A DNA stretch of 64,000 nucleotides from Pristiophorus japonicus. Its lineage: Eukaryota. The stretch is taken from the NCBI RefSeq assembly GCF_044704955.1, contig NC_092003.1, positions 7,006,001-7,070,000 of the forward strand, read 5' to 3'. Numbering within the stretch: position 1 is the stretch's first letter; each line of letters opens with the position of its first letter. The notes under the pieces were generated by a model that searched no databases, was not told the DNA's origin, and saw only the letters and a program-made list of their open reading frames with translations. Below are positions 62,365 through 64,000 of the stretch, in pieces. The translations under genes were made by a program, and so were the position numbers.

Positions 62365-63925
62365 TCCGTGTCCATCTCCACCCCTGCCTCCCCTTGTCTG
62401 CTGCTGAAGCCCTCATCCATGCCTCTGTTACTTCCAGACTTGACGACTCCAACGCACTCCTGGCCGGCTTCCCATTCTACCCTGCGTAAACTAGAGGTGA
62501 TCCAAAACTCGGCTGCCCCGTGTCCTAACTCGCCCCGAGTCCCGCTCACCCATCAACCCCTGTGCTCGCTGCCCCCGTGTCCTAACTCGCACCGAGTCCC
62601 GCTCACCCATCACCCCCTGTGCTCGCTGCCCCCGTGTCCTAACTCGCACCCAGTCCCACTCACCCATCACCCCCTGTGCTCGCTGCCCCGTGTCCTAACT
62701 CGCACCGAGTCCCGCTCACCCATCACCCCCTGTGCTCGCTGCCCCCGTGTCCTAACTCGCACCCAGTCCCACTCACCCATCACCCCCTGTGCTCGCTGCC
62801 CCGTGTCCTAACTCGCACCGAGTCCCGCTCACCCATCACCCCCTGTGCTCGCTGCCCCCGTGTCCTAACTCGCACCCAGTCCCACTCACCCATCACCCCC
62901 TGTGCTCGCTGCCCCGTGTCCTAACTCGCACCGAGTCCCGCTCACCCATCAACCCCTGTGCTCGCTGCCCCCGTGTCCTAACTCGCACCGAGTCCCGCTC
63001 ACCCATCAACCCCTGTGCTCACTGCCCCCGTGTCCTAACTCGCACCAAGTCCCGCTCACCCGTCACCCCCTGTGCTCGCTGCCCCCGTGTCCTAACTCGC
63101 ACCCAGTCCCACTCACCCATCACCCCCTGTGCTCGCTGCCCCGTGTCCTAACTCGCACCGAGTCCCGCTCACCCATCAACCCCTGTGCTCGCTGCCCCCG
63201 TGTCCTAACTCGCACCGAGTCCTGCTCACCCATCACCCCCTGTGCTCGCTGCCCCCGTGTCCTAACTCGCACCGAGTCCCACTCACCCATCACCCCCTGT
63301 GCTCACTGCCCCCGTGTCCTAACTCGCACCGAGTCCCGCTCACCCATCACCCACTGTGCTCGCTGACCTACATTGGCTCCCAGTTAAGCCACGCCTCAAT
63401 TTCAAAATTCAACTCCTTGTTTACAAATCCCTCCATGGCCCTCGCCCCTCTCCCTATCTCTGTAATCTCCTCCAGCCCCACAACCCCCCGAGATGTCTGC
63501 GCTCCTCTAATTCTGCCCTCCTGAGCATCCCTGATTATAATCGTGCGCCTGTTTGCACAAGGGCCCCATTAAGTAAGGAGGAAAAGTTATTGGTGCAATA
63601 TAGTAACCGTTGGAGAGAAGTTACAGGAGTAACTGACTTCAGTCAATTTTTCTGACTCAACCGATCATAACTGCTCAATCATTGGTGGCCGTGCCTTCTG
63701 TTGCCTGGGCCCCAAGCTCTGGAACTCCGTCCCTAAACCTCTCCGCCTCTCTCTCTCCTCCTTCAAGACGCTCCTTAAAACCGACCTCTTTGACCCAGCT
63801 TTTGGTCACCTGCCCTAATTTCTACTTATGCGGCTCGGTGTCCAATTTCTTAGCTCATAATACTCCCGTGACGCGCCTTGCGACATTTCACTACGATAAA
63901 GGCGCTATATAAATACAATTGGTTG
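62365..63925 (+). mobile_element. L2-type LINE 3' end with ~15 x 57-bp minisatellite (62512-63365)
   Basis: AEALIHASVTSRLDDSNALLAG...LEVIQNSAA [repeat] LADLHWLPVKPRLNFKI, and the L2 tail. Confidence 0.78.
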
Positions 63926-64000
63926 TACATCCTACCCGCTATACTCCAAGCTCCTCCAAATGCCCCTTCCTTCACACTCTGACTCCGACCCCCCCCCCCC

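Overview
Vertebrate DNA, most likely from a shark (elasmobranch), judging by its Deu-domain SINE, CR1, L2 and RTE content; most of the window is repeats. It holds three protein-coding loci. (1) A + strand RBM4/RBM14-family gene in 3 coding exons (20114-20444, 22471-22969, 28956-29007; 293 aa; 2 RRMs, CCHC knuckle, Tyr-rich tail). (2) Head-to-head with it across a ~0.6-kb CCAAT/YY1 promoter, a highly diverged - strand paralog (19496-19268 + 18443-15646; ~1008 aa). It has eroded RRMs, an intact CCHC knuckle and ~50 in-frame 14-aa 'RSGLLNTPxxGE' repeats, including two PTB-interaction-type motifs. (3) The 5' half of CCS (exons 2-4 at 49111, 54020, 57761). Its putative promoter and 39-nt first exon occur in four tandem copies, each separated by a SINE-derived 33-bp minisatellite and carrying a solo LTR with a CTCF-like motif. 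Also present: a near-full-length frameshifted CR1 LINE (33.4-36.8 kb), several solo LTRs with TSDs, 33/57/68-bp minisatellites and a 200-N assembly gap. All gene models were read by eye from splice signals and recalled homology; no searches were run.
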